Shown here in pieces: positions 53,816 through 63,702 of a stretch of DNA of 64,000 bases (its first letter is position 1; each line of letters opens with the position of its first letter). Below the pieces are notes generated by a model, which was not told where the DNA came from, did no database searches, and saw nothing but the letters and a program-made list of their open reading frames with translations. A program made the position numbers and the translations under genes. Source of the stretch: Nitrospirota bacterium (GTDB lineage: Bacteria; Nitrospirota; UBA9217); assembly GCA_963845065.1 (NCBI GenBank), contig CAWJQQ010000006.1, forward strand, positions 320,001 to 384,000, read 5' to 3'.

Positions 53816-55534
53816 TTATATTTCCATTATGATCGGCAGAATCATGGGCCTGCGCTCCATTCGCTTGTTGATGAATTTTTTAAGGCTGCTTCGCACTCGA
53901 GCGGAGACGAGCGACCAATCGCCCTTTGCCTCGGGGACCATGAGAGTGAGCGTATCTAGAACTACATCCTTCACCTCGGCCAAAAGTTCCTGCGACGCGT
54001 CCTCGAAAACGAAACCGCGAGACACGATATCCGGCCCCGAGACCACCTTGCCCGAGATTTTCTCAATGCCGAGAATAACGATCACTACTCCGTCATGAGC
54101 AAGCTTCATTCGATCTCTGAGCACCACGGTATCCACTCCCACATCTACGGTGGATCCGGCGGTCTTGCCGTCGATATACACCCTACCTACGTTCACCATG
54201 CCCGCGCGTCGGGCACTACATTCCATAAACTCCATCACCTCGCCGTTCTCGATTATGAATATATTCTCCTCGGGAATATTCACCTTCCTCGCAAGCTGGG
54301 CATGATACACTAGGTGGCGGTACTCGCCGTGCACTGGAATGAAGTACTTCGGCTTGATGAGGGCGAGCATGAGTTTCAACTCTTCCTTAGACGCATGGCC
54401 TGAAACATGGATTTCCGAGACCTTCTCGTAGAAAACCTCAGCCCCGCGCTTAAACAGATGGTTAATGATTCGCGTGATGCTGCGCTCGTTTCCTGGGATC
54501 ATTTTAGAGGAGAGGATGATAGTGTCGCCTTTTTTAATCTGGAAGTGCTTGTGTTCATTCGCGGCCATTCGCGAGAGAGCGCTCATGGGCTCGCCCTGGC
54601 TGCCCGTTGTGATCATCACGATCTCGTCGTCCGGCAGGGTCTTGAGCGCTTCGATCCGAAGCCAAGTGTCCGGCGGCATTTTGAGATAACCCAGGTCGAG
54701 CGCGATTTGGGCATTAGCGATCATGCTTTTCCCATTCAGGATCACCTTCCTTCCGTACATGACGGCTACGTCAATGATCTGCTGAACGCGATGGATGTTC
54801 GACGCGAAGGTGGCGATCACGATCCTTCCTTTCGTTCGCGTGAAAATGTCTTCGAGTCCACGTCGCACCTCTTTCTCGGAAAAGGTATACCCCCCCTGCG
54901 AGGCGTTCGTGCTGTCCGAAAGAAGCACCAACGTGCCCCTGTCCCCGTATTCCGCAAACGTCCTAAGGTCCATGACCTCGCCGTCCACAGGCGTGGGATC
55001 GATTTTGAAATCGCCGGTGTGGATCACGCGGCCCACCGGCGTGGAAATGCCGAGGCCAACTCCATCGACGATGCTATGTGTCACGCGGATGAACTCAACT
55101 TTGAAACATCCGAGAGACACAACGTCCCTCGGCTTTACGACCAGAAGCTGTGCCTTGCTATCCAATTCATGCTCTTTGAGCTTTTCTTTCACAAAGCCGA
55201 GCGTGAGTTTTGTGCCGTAGATAGGCACGTTGATCTCTCTCAGCAAAAAAGGGAGAGCACCGATGTGGTCTTCATGAGCGTGGGTGAGTACGACACCGCG
55301 AATGCGATCTTTGTTCTCAATAAGATATGAAAAGTCCGGGATCACAATATCCACGCCCAGCATCTCAGCATCAGGGAACATGAGACCCGCGTCTATGACC
55401 ATGATGTCCTTTTCATATTCGAGCACAGTCATGTTCAAGCCGATCTCGCCAACACCTCCCAAGGGGATGATCGAGAGTCTGGGAGTATCGGTGGATTGTG
55501 AAGATAAACCGTCGAAAGGTGGGCTGTCCGTCAT
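53816..55534 (-). CDS. rnj: Ribonuclease J
   Basis: PLGGVGEIG.N, HAHEDHIG, HTGDFK, TTGSQGE, HVSGH and PVHGE motifs. Confidence 0.96.
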   Translation of the reverse strand: MTDSPPFDGLSSQSTDTPRLSIIPLGGVGEIGLNMTVLEYEKDIMVIDAGLMFPDAEMLGVDIVIPDFSYLIENKDRIRGVVLTHAHEDHIGALPFLLREINVPIYGTKLTLGFVKEKLKEHELDSKAQLLVVKPRDVVSLGCFKVEFIRVTHSIVDGVGLGISTPVGRVIHTGDFKIDPTPVDGEVMDLRTFAEYGDRGTLVLLSDSTNASQGGYTFSEKEVRRGLEDIFTRTKGRIVIATFASNIHRVQQIIDVAVMYGRKVILNGKSMIANAQIALDLGYLKMPPDTWLRIEALKTLPDDEIVMITTGSQGEPMSALSRMAANEHKHFQIKKGDTIILSSKMIPGNERSITRIINHLFKRGAEVFYEKVSEIHVSGHASKEELKLMLALIKPKYFIPVHGEYRHLVYHAQLARKVNIPEENIFIIENGEVMEFMECSARRAGMVNVGRVYIDGKTAGSTVDVGVDTVVLRDRMKLAHDGVVIVILGIEKISGKVVSGPDIVSRGFVFEDASQELLAEVKDVVLDTLTLMVPEAKGDWSLVSARVRSSLKKFINKRMERRPMILPIIMEI

Positions 55535-55740
55535 GGAGTGTTATCTCCTAGGAAAAAACTTGTCGTATTTTAATTACTATATTCTTTTTGATTGAAATCG
55601 TCAACTCTGGGAAGATAGGCAAGGGGGAAGTAAAGAGAAGTGTGTGGATCATGATAGCGTTCACAAACGGATAACTTATAGAAGCAGTCGATCGCACTAG
55701 ATTCCGCCCAATTGATCCGGATCAAAGGTCGTTTTATGCT

Positions 55741-55917
55741 TCAGGCAGCCTTGCGATGTTTCACGTTTGCTGAACTGAAATTTAGGGGGGCCTTGATGGG
55801 CGATATCTGCGAAGAAGGATAGGACTCATAGCCGAGATATTCCTTCTCATTCGGCCAGTAATTCCTCCTCCGAAGTACGTCCGCAATCAGTTGTAGGAAT
55901 GCAAGAGTTGACCTCAT
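55741..55917 (-). CDS. Putative 58-aa small protein
   Basis: MRSTLAFLQLIADVLRRRNYW...HRKAA; ATG 7 nt after a sigma-28-like -10; below the ORF-track cutoff. Confidence 0.35.
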   Translation of the reverse strand: MRSTLAFLQLIADVLRRRNYWPNEKEYLGYESYPSSQISPIKAPLNFSSANVKHRKAA

Positions 55918-55924
55918 GATAATC

Positions 55925-55951
55925 TTATCGGTTTCAATTGGAAAAACTTAA
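55925..55951 (-). promoter_or_regulatory. Sigma-28-like promoter
   Basis: TTAA-N15-ACCGATAA, with extended -35 TTAAGTTT. Confidence 0.55.
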
Positions 55952-56394
55952 GCAATCTTTCTATTAGTCTTTTTGACTCGGAATACCCTGTAACAGTTTG
56001 AATTTATAAAGAGGATATTACTCGCTATAAAAACTTTTCTTGACGCACGCCTATCGCTAATGCGTGGGAGGTTTCCCGCTTTGTTTTCCTAAATTGCCTA
56101 AGCAACGTACTTTGGTAACTAGAGGGCTTCCCACGTCGACATATCACATTGAATTGGCAGTGCGCTGGAATCCCGCGCAGATTGTTTAGACAGCGCCGTC
56201 GGTCGGTCCGTTCTGCCTCTTGGCGTTTTTTTCCCAGTGATACCTAGCGGGCGGCTATTTACGTGAATTCTTCGAAAGATTATGGGTGGCATTCTACCCA
56301 GCAGAAGGATGACGACATCTACTTTTCAAGAAAGTCGAAGCCCGAATTCTAAGTGGTTGCCCTACCATAGCTGGGAAGGTACGAGGCCTGCCCC

Positions 56395-58005
56395 CTACAT
56401 CTCGAATCGCGTTACGAAGGCGCCGATGAACTTCATGTGGCGCACATAGTCGGAGAAGAGAACTTCCTTGACCACGCCACCGCCGGGCCGATCATCTCGG
56501 TCCTTTTCGCCGGCAGCATGAATGAGAAAGATTTTGTCTGATTTTTTGTGGACGATCGAAAGATGGGATACGATCTCTTCCGCGACGCGCTTCTGCGGGT
56601 CCTTGACCCAGTAAACGATGTCACCATCCCGAAGGTTCTTCTGAAGCGTTTTGGTCAGGAGGATATTTTTCGGCAGGATGTCCACCGTATCTTTGCCACG
56701 GGAACCAGGGATCGTCTTGGTCACGCCGAGTTCAGCGGTGATGTTCTTCCCCCACTTGCCGCTGAAGACCATGTCCTCGCCGTACTGAAACCGTTCATCG
56801 TAGTTGGTAATCAGGCCATCCGTGAGTTTGCCCTGAGTAATGAACCGGAGCGAAAGTGCCTTGTCGACAGCCTCACGAGGCGTAGTGCTCTCCGCAAGCT
56901 CAATAGAGCGGAAGGTGTGATACATGCAGTCGACCTTCTCGTCGGCCACGATCCGTTTCGTTCGAACATATAGCCCCAGAGGGTCGGTATCATAAGGTAT
57001 GCCGATAAAGCGCCCTGCCCAGTAGGCAATCCGTTTTCCGACCGGCAGTTTCGCCACACGCTCCTGCGCGACAAGGATCTCGTCGGCGGTCATGGAGGCG
57101 ATATTCTTGTTCTCATCCGGCGCAGCGCCGATGAGTCGAAGCCCATACTGAAGCGAGTTGGTGAACCTGCGATTGTAGATGCCCGCCGGCTGAACTGTTC
57201 CCTTTTTGGCGACTTGGAGGAACCGTCCCTTTCCTAGGTAGAGCCCCTGCCTCTCCCCGTAGAAAATGAGGACGTCTCCGGCCTCGAGCTCCTTCTTCGA
57301 CACCCTGTCTGTCTTCTCTTTCAACGCACTGCGGTCCCTGCTGATCGAGAGACCGTGAATGCGATAGGTGATGTATATGAGCCCACTCATATCGATACCC
57401 TGAGCGGTCATGCCGCCGGCAAGATAGCGCACTCCCTGAAACTGCTTTGCCGTAGTTGCTATCTCTGCAGGTTTGGTATCGTTCACGAGGGGATCTAAGG
57501 ACTTTACGGGCATGGCTTCTGCAGCATCAATGATCGCCACGGATCGGTCAGGAAATTGGACCTTAAAGTTGTCCGTGTTCTGTTGTAGCACCGGAAGATG
57601 CGTGCCGGCATAGAGCGGTACTTTATAATTACCTGTTTTGTCCAAAATGATGGCCTCGGTCTTGGGTGTCGTCACAACGATCCACTGTCGGTTCGCGTTC
57701 AGGTAGGCGTATCCCTTGTCCTTAATTATCTGCACCGCTTCCTGCTGGACCCAGCCTTCGTCATTACCCTGGTTCAGGATGATGACGCGGTAGTGGTTGT
57801 CCTTTTTTTCTAGGATGCGGACCTCGTCACCCATGAGCACCTGAGTAACAAGCTTCGACTTCGGCAGCGGCTCCTCGTGCACGTTGGCGAGCGGCGACGT
57901 GACAATCCCCAACGTATTGGACGCGAATTCTTGCGTGAGAGCTATAGTGGGAGAAAGAACAGCGAAATAAGATAGAAGGAGTGTTATAAGGAGGTGTTTT
58001 TTCAT
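56395..58005 (-). CDS. Secreted SH3 + degenerate NlpC/P60 + DUF1460 amidase-like protein
   Basis: Signal peptide, SH3-like VTQVLMGD.V...GWV, GVRYLAGG..GIDMSG, then GIPY...VDCMY...SHLSI...IHA. Confidence 0.75.
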   Translation of the reverse strand: MKKHLLITLLLSYFAVLSPTIALTQEFASNTLGIVTSPLANVHEEPLPKSKLVTQVLMGDEVRILEKKDNHYRVIILNQGNDEGWVQQEAVQIIKDKGYAYLNANRQWIVVTTPKTEAIILDKTGNYKVPLYAGTHLPVLQQNTDNFKVQFPDRSVAIIDAAEAMPVKSLDPLVNDTKPAEIATTAKQFQGVRYLAGGMTAQGIDMSGLIYITYRIHGLSISRDRSALKEKTDRVSKKELEAGDVLIFYGERQGLYLGKGRFLQVAKKGTVQPAGIYNRRFTNSLQYGLRLIGAAPDENKNIASMTADEILVAQERVAKLPVGKRIAYWAGRFIGIPYDTDPLGLYVRTKRIVADEKVDCMYHTFRSIELAESTTPREAVDKALSLRFITQGKLTDGLITNYDERFQYGEDMVFSGKWGKNITAELGVTKTIPGSRGKDTVDILPKNILLTKTLQKNLRDGDIVYWVKDPQKRVAEEIVSHLSIVHKKSDKIFLIHAAGEKDRDDRPGGGVVKEVLFSDYVRHMKFIGAFVTRFEM

Positions 58006-58066
58006 TTGAATAGATTCAGGACTGCAAGTAGGAGAACTGCATGCTCATACATTATAATATAATTAC

Positions 58067-58151
58067 TGGTGCCGAAGGGGGGACTCGAACCCCCATGGGT
58101 TGCCCCACACGCCCCTCAAACGTGCGTGTCTACCAATTCCACCACTTCGGC
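58067..58151 (-). tRNA. tRNA-Leu(GAG)
   Basis: 85-nt cloverleaf GCCGAAG...CTTCGGC-ACCA, anticodon loop TTGAGGG, long variable arm, TTCGA T-loop. Confidence 0.97.
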
Positions 58152-58251
58152 ACATGTGAAATACTTCTTTTACAGGATTACTTGGATCACATCTAGACAG
58201 ACTATTCTGGATCTTTGTATTGACAACTCTATCAGATCTACGACAGAATGA

Positions 58252-59193
58252 TTACTTCTTTATTGCCGGTTGCCTCGCCGAGACATAGGTGAGCCACTCT
58301 TCATGCTTATTGTCGCGGCCGTGAACGATGTCGAAGAAGGCAACCTGGAGTTGTTTGGTCACCGGCCCCGGCTTGCCCGTACCGATCGTCCGATTGTCAA
58401 CTTCGCGGATGGGCGTAATCTCGGCAGCCGTACCGGAAAAAAATGCCTCGTCGGCAATATAGAGTTCGTCGCGCGTAAACCGTTCTTCTAAGATGCGCAT
58501 GCCGCGTTCTGCAGCGAGTTGAATGATCGTTTCCCGGGTAATGCCCTCTAGAATCGAGGTTAGCGGTGGGGTCTTGATCATACCCTTCCTCACCATGAAT
58601 ACGTTTTCACCGCTACCCTCAGCGACATATCCTTCAGTATCGAGCAGCATGGCCTCATCGTAACCGTCCTTCAGCGCCTCACGCTTTGCCAACAGTCCGT
58701 TTGCATAATTCGCCGTAGTTTTTGACCGGACCATCGTTGCATTCACGTGAGGTCGGATAAAGGATGAGACTTTGACTCGGATGCCGTTTTTCAGTCCTTC
58801 CTCACCAAGGTAGCTTCCCCAGGGCCAGACAGCTATAGAAACCTGAACCGGATTCTCCTTGGGAAAGACCCCCATGGAGCCATAACCAATGTAAACGAGA
58901 GGCCGAATGTAGCATGCTTCGATCTTGTTCACGCGGATGGTTTCGAGGATAGCTTCGTTTATCGCTTCACGGGTGAACGGAATTTCGATCTGGTAGATAT
59001 GCGCAGAATCGAAAAGCCGATCCACATGCTCATGCAGACGGAAAACAGCAGAACCTCCATCGGTCTTATAACACCGAATCCCTTCGAACACCGCCGTAGC
59101 ATAATGGAGTGAATGTGTCAGAATGTGCACTTTGGCATCGTCCCACTTGACGAATGAGCCGTTCATCCATATTTTTTCCGTGGCTTGAAGCAT
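58252..59193 (-). CDS. ilvE: Branched-chain amino acid aminotransferase
   Basis: LHYAT.VFEGIR, YIRP, EGSGEN, LEGITR and GTAAEITP motifs. Confidence 0.96.
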   Translation of the reverse strand: MLQATEKIWMNGSFVKWDDAKVHILTHSLHYATAVFEGIRCYKTDGGSAVFRLHEHVDRLFDSAHIYQIEIPFTREAINEAILETIRVNKIEACYIRPLVYIGYGSMGVFPKENPVQVSIAVWPWGSYLGEEGLKNGIRVKVSSFIRPHVNATMVRSKTTANYANGLLAKREALKDGYDEAMLLDTEGYVAEGSGENVFMVRKGMIKTPPLTSILEGITRETIIQLAAERGMRILEERFTRDELYIADEAFFSGTAAEITPIREVDNRTIGTGKPGPVTKQLQVAFFDIVHGRDNKHEEWLTYVSARQPAIKK

Positions 59194-59201
59194 AGGCGTA
59201 A

Positions 59202-59230
59202 TTTATAACAGCCTAGGTTATAATTGTCAA
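59202..59230 (-). promoter_or_regulatory. ilvE promoter with overlapping palindrome
   Basis: TTGACA-N17-TATAAA ending 8 nt before ATG; TTATAAC-N7-GTTATAA at 59203-59223. Confidence 0.6.
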
Positions 59231-59423
59231 TCTTTTTTTCCTTGTTCGGATAGACTTTCTTTCGTTTGAAACACATCCTTTTTAAAAAAATTCACCTTGT
59301 AACGAGAGATTTAATCAAAAACTTTCTGCGACATGCTTCTTTTCCGCTGTCCACTTCCCATGGTCCAAACAAGGGGGTTTTCGTTGAAGTTGGGTAATGT
59401 GCATAGCCAATCGCCGCCCCACG

Positions 59424-60051
59424 ATCGGGTAGAAGGCGGCGTCTTCCCATGCCACCGTACGTATAGTTCCCTATGCAATGGCCTGTTCTTTCACTCTTTC
59501 GTTAACCTTGGCGACTCCTATCCTAATAAGCGCCCAGCTTTACCTCGCGGGATCCGTCCGCTACTTCCAGCTCAGGCCCTCTTGCAAGTCTTGGACACAG
59601 AACGGGTAGAGATCCAATCTCAAGCAGTCAGACAAGGTCTTCCCTTCATCTTGTTTGTATCGGAACTTTTACGGCTTTTGCTGACAACTCCAGACTCATC
59701 ACAAAATCTCACAACGTCATTAGCTCTATGCAAATCTACGGTCCTCCCAGAAGAAGACGTATGGCCTTTATCCCATGCATCACAGCATACACTTTCGCGT
59801 CTTTCTTATAGTTATTTAGCTTTGTGGCTTTTGGTCTCCACACCTATGTGTCTGTCTCTTATCCGGTTTCTGTTCGCATGGCATACACTTTGCTTGCAGT
59901 TTCCTCTAGATTCTTGATTGCGTCGGACATCATTGCTGTTCGGCTAACGGTTCCTTTCATCAAGGTCCGGAAAGGACGTGCACTCCAGTCCGCCGATAGG
60001 CACTACACTTAATCGGCTTGTACGGATGTGCAATGTATCATGTCTGGCAAA
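59424..60051 (-). mobile_element. Degenerate group II (class C-like) intron lacking most of its RT ORF
   Basis: 3' end CGTACGGTGG...GAAGACGCCGCCTTCTACCCGAT (domain V/VI-like); 5' domain I-like GGAACCGTTAGCCGAA...TGTCC...GAATCT; domain III-like GTCAGCAAAAGCCGTA. Confidence 0.65.
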
Positions 60052-60354
60052 GGGGCATCTGCAAAAGGAGAATGGACACTTGCTGTTCATCGGCTGCTGC
60101 CATGCATGATCGGAGAGCCGCCTCATTTTGTATCGGTTCGCCTCAGACTTTAACATTAAAGCCGAATATTTCATTATAGCCGATATTGTAAATCACTGGG
60201 ACCGGGAATTTTTTAGGATACTGAAAAAAAACGGCATGTACCAGAAGCTGTAACCCGATAGGAACAGCTAGTTTATCGATCTATGAAAAAAACCTCACGA
60301 GGTGTTTCTATGATGGTAGCAGGTGCCCTCTCAGACAGGATGCCTGGCACAGGT

Positions 60355-60980
60355 TTAAATGATCCCTCGTTTTCGCGCCTTAACAATTGCATCGTTTCTG
60401 TCTTTGGCCTGGAGTTCCTCGTAAATGTTTTTGATGTGCGTATGAACAGTATGCGTACTGATGCTCAGCCGTTCTCCGATTTCTTTATACGTTAACCCTT
60501 CTTCAACGCGCTTTACGATTTCTTTTTTTCTCGCTGGGTCAGAAAGTACTTTTCGCTCACGACATCGTCTCGGGATTCATTGATGATTTTTCGAGCAATT
60601 TTTGGGCTCATGGGCGCCCCACCCTTATACAGTTCATGAATGGATTCTATGATTTCCCGCGGACTGCTTCCCTTGAGGATATACCCCGATGCGCCCGCCT
60701 TGATGGCGGGAAAAACCATCTCCCGAGCTTCGAATATCGTATGCGCCATGATTTCAAGAGATGGTATTTCTTCCTTGGCTCTTTTTATCAAATCCACACC
60801 TGACATGCCGGGCAAGCCGAGATCGGTGAGCATCAATTCCGGCTTGGCGTTTCTGAGACCCCGCAGGGCATCCTCTGCCGACCGGTAGGATCCGACTACA
60901 GCAAGCCCTTCCTCACCGCTCAAGAGCAGAGTCAAATTTTCAAGGAGTAAAGGATCGTCTTCAACAATGATGAGCCGCAT
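60355..60980 (-). pseudogene. NarL/LuxR response regulator split by a frameshift at an A7 run
   Basis: Receiver ends ...LTQREKKKS*; the -1 frame continues EIVKRVEEGLTYKEIGERLSISTHTVHTHIKNIY...RGII*. Confidence 0.85.
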
Positions 60981-61684
60981 GGTCACGCCATATCACAGTC
61001 CGGGCTAGGATACTATACCCTGAATGGGGCTATATATGGGTAGAGGAGGGGTAACAATCAATGATGTCCAAAAGCCTGAGCTTATAATCATATGCCTTCC
61101 AAGCCTTTCGGCTCGATGTTTCATGTTGGACGGATCCCTGCCACCGGGGCCTTGACTATTAACTGGTTCGGGGATTTTTAAACCTGAATCCGGCGCAAAG
61201 TAACATTGATGGGCCTTATTCACTCTGATATATAGGGCCAAACGCATGATTTTGTTCATGTCCAAAAAAATACCTTTTAGGCAGGTTTTTAGACAAATGC
61301 CTTTGAGCGCAAAAAAATGCTTATTCAGAGCCGTTGCGATGATGCCAAATCCTTTTCATACAGTTTTCAGTTTAAAAAGCCTGCGCTTAAAATATCTGTT
61401 CAAGCTCATCCGTGATCTACAAGCACAGTTTATCGATCGGCGTTGTTTCCATAATGCAGCTTTTTACTCCTTCGTTCGTAGGTGCGCTACCAGAACTGTA
61501 GCATCTAATCAACGAAGAGAAGCGTCAACTTCATTGGCTTATGGTAGCGCCTTCGTTCAGTCAAGTTAATATTCAGGATTTTCTTTATCAGAATTTCCTT
61601 CATCAATGACGGATACTACGATAACTGCAATATGTTTTCCCTTTTTAAACCGCGGAAATGGAATACGCGACATTCCCTTTTTGT

Positions 61685-61713
61685 TTGACAGAGCGGTGAA
61701 CAGGAGCTACACT
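61685..61713 (+). promoter_or_regulatory. Sigma-70-type promoter of the usp gene
   Basis: TTGACA-N17-TACACT. Confidence 0.6.
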
Positions 61714-61742
61714 TAGACTGTTGCTCACAGAAAGGGGGTCTC

Positions 61743-62204
61743 ATGCAGATCAAAACCATCCTTTTTCCAACGGATTTTTCACAGGGTGCCCGCGCTGCCA
61801 TGGACCATGCTATTTCGCTCGCGAAGGATTATCAGTCTAAACTTATTATCCTTTACGTAATCCAGGACATCAGTATTGCTGAATGGTATATTCCATCTTC
61901 CCTTTCCGCTACCGATCTGATGGAGGATATGCAAAAGAGTGCATGGAATGAAATGGACAAATGGGTAGCGGAAGTTTCGCAGACCGTCAAAGATGTGGAA
62001 AAGATGGTTGTTCGCGGCGTACCTTTTGTCGAGATCATCAAGACAGCAAAGGAAAGGCAGGCTGATCTGATTGTCATCGGCACTCACGGAAGGACGGGCA
62101 TCGATCATATGCTATTCGGGAGTACAGCTGAGAAAGTAGTTCGCAAGGCGGCCTGTCCAGTGCTGACGGTTCGCATCCCGGGTAGAGAGTTCAAGATGCC
62201 ATAA
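61743..62204 (+). CDS. Universal stress protein
   Basis: ILFPTDFS, GVPF.EI and DLIVIGTHGR...GSTAEKVVR..CPVLTV motifs. Confidence 0.95.
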   Translation: MQIKTILFPTDFSQGARAAMDHAISLAKDYQSKLIILYVIQDISIAEWYIPSSLSATDLMEDMQKSAWNEMDKWVAEVSQTVKDVEKMVVRGVPFVEIIKTAKERQADLIVIGTHGRTGIDHMLFGSTAEKVVRKAACPVLTVRIPGREFKMP

Positions 62205-62295
62205 GAAAAAAATAAATTCGAAATAAAGTCACCGCGTAATAAAAAACGTTCACATCATTTGGAAAAGTTAATACATAATTGTGCATTATAGCACC

Positions 62296-63190
62296 CTGCA
62301 TAAGTAGTGCAATATTTAGGCTAAAAAAGAGGTCGCCAGGACTAATGGATACAACTACGCAAAAGAGGCTGTGACTCTGCCAGATTACAGATTTCTTCGG
62401 ATAGTAACTCGTCTTGAGTATCAGGGCGACCGTTGGCGAGTATTTTCTTAAAGTGATTCCATACTTTTTCGTCTGGGTTCAACTCGGGGGGCATATCGGG
62501 GGAAAGGTTCTAAGTGTAAACGGGATGTACATGCGAGAAGTTCTTCTACGGAATCACTTCTATGGGGGTTTTGCCATTATCTAGCAGCACAATCAGATGG
62601 CCGGGTATTTGATGTAACAAAGGTGGAGAATACCACTACTTCTTCGCCTCGGATATTATCCTCATACAGTTGGCAGTACAGCGTGCAATGGAATCGTTCG
62701 GGCTGACGGCTATGCCGGAGATGGCTCCGTTTCGTTGCGCTCAATGGTCCAACGTTCCGGCTTTTGGTGGCTCCAACCTATTTGGTGGAGGAGTTTACCT
62801 ACGTGATTATGGTGGTATTTCACTTTCAGTTGGTGTTCGATCAGATCGGCATTCCGTTGTGTTGTACACAGCTCCGTCCTGTAACCATGTGCCATGGCCC
62901 TTTGGTCAGGAGGCAAACGAGACGTTTCTGCTTCGCGGTCAGTCGCGGTAGTCGGCCTGATGCTAGTTACGCTTTCAGCGCATCTTCGCTACCCTTCTGG
63001 AACGTCGCGTCAACGAAGTACGCTGTTCGCGTGACAACCCATCCGTCTGCGATCTCATGAAGGCACAACATCTGCTTGAGGAAAGTAATTACACGCCGTC
63101 GTCGATCTTCCAACGATTGTGGAGTACCGTGGGGTCGCATGGAGACAATCCCTTTCAGGATGCCTCCATTATATTGCATTACTTATGCGG
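62296..63190 (-). mobile_element. Decayed IS630-family element
   Basis: IRs 62296-62315 and 63171-63190 match at 18/20; fragments MRPHG..RRRR, GWSHQKP, IVLLDN and ELNPDE with frameshifts. Confidence 0.8.
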
Positions 63191-63239
63191 ATATCAATGG
63201 TTTACAACATGTATACAATTTCTGGGGTTCCAATGCAAA

Positions 63240-63266
63240 GAGGCTGGTTATATGATAACCAGCCTC
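63240..63266 (-). terminator. Hairpin terminator after the ferritin-like gene
   Basis: GAGGCTGGTTAT-ATG-ATAACCAGCCTC perfect 12-bp stem. Confidence 0.7.
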
Positions 63267-63276
63267 CTTTATTTTC

Positions 63277-63702
63277 TTATTGCCCGAGGAGCGTCGTAAA
63301 GGTGTCGTGGTGGCCTTCTTCCTCGGAAAGGATCTCTTCGAAAAGCAACCGCGTCGTCTCGTCTCCTTCCGATGTGGCCTGTTTGATAATGTCTTTATAC
63401 AGCGTGATCGCTTCTTCCTCCGCCTTGGTGTCTGCCTTGAGCATTTGAGTAGCGTCCCCACCAGTGACGATAGGTGTCGGCTTCGTCGTGGGATTGACAT
63501 CAAAATAAAATAATCTCTCGGCAATTTTTTCTGCGTGCTTCATCTCATCCACGGACACCTTTTCAAAAACTCCGGAAAGTGATTCTGCGTTCATTCCTTT
63601 TACCATAACATGATGCCACATGTACTGCACAATTGCCTGAAGTTCTCCTGCAATAGCCTGATTCATCATTTCCGTCAATTTCGGACTCGCCTTCTGGACC
63701 AT
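63277..63702 (-). CDS. Bacterioferritin/ferritin-like protein
   Basis: ELQAIVQY, DEMKHAE.IAER, EEEAI..Y and EEEGH di-iron motifs; GAGGAGG before MVQKAS. Confidence 0.88.
   Translation of the reverse strand: MVQKASPKLTEMMNQAIAGELQAIVQYMWHHVMVKGMNAESLSGVFEKVSVDEMKHAEKIAERLFYFDVNPTTKPTPIVTGGDATQMLKADTKAEEEAITLYKDIIKQATSEGDETTRLLFEEILSEEEGHHDTFTTLLGQ

Noticed and set aside
56030..56390. Short hairpins downstream of the NlpC/DUF1460 gene (GTGGGAG/TTCCCAC)
   Set aside because: Too short and imperfect to assign
58006..58066. Integration site at tRNA-Leu 3' end
   Set aside because: No integrase and no duplicated tRNA 3' end seen in the window
59333..59917. 194-aa plus-strand ORF
   Set aside because: No motifs; it lies antisense to the group II intron remnant
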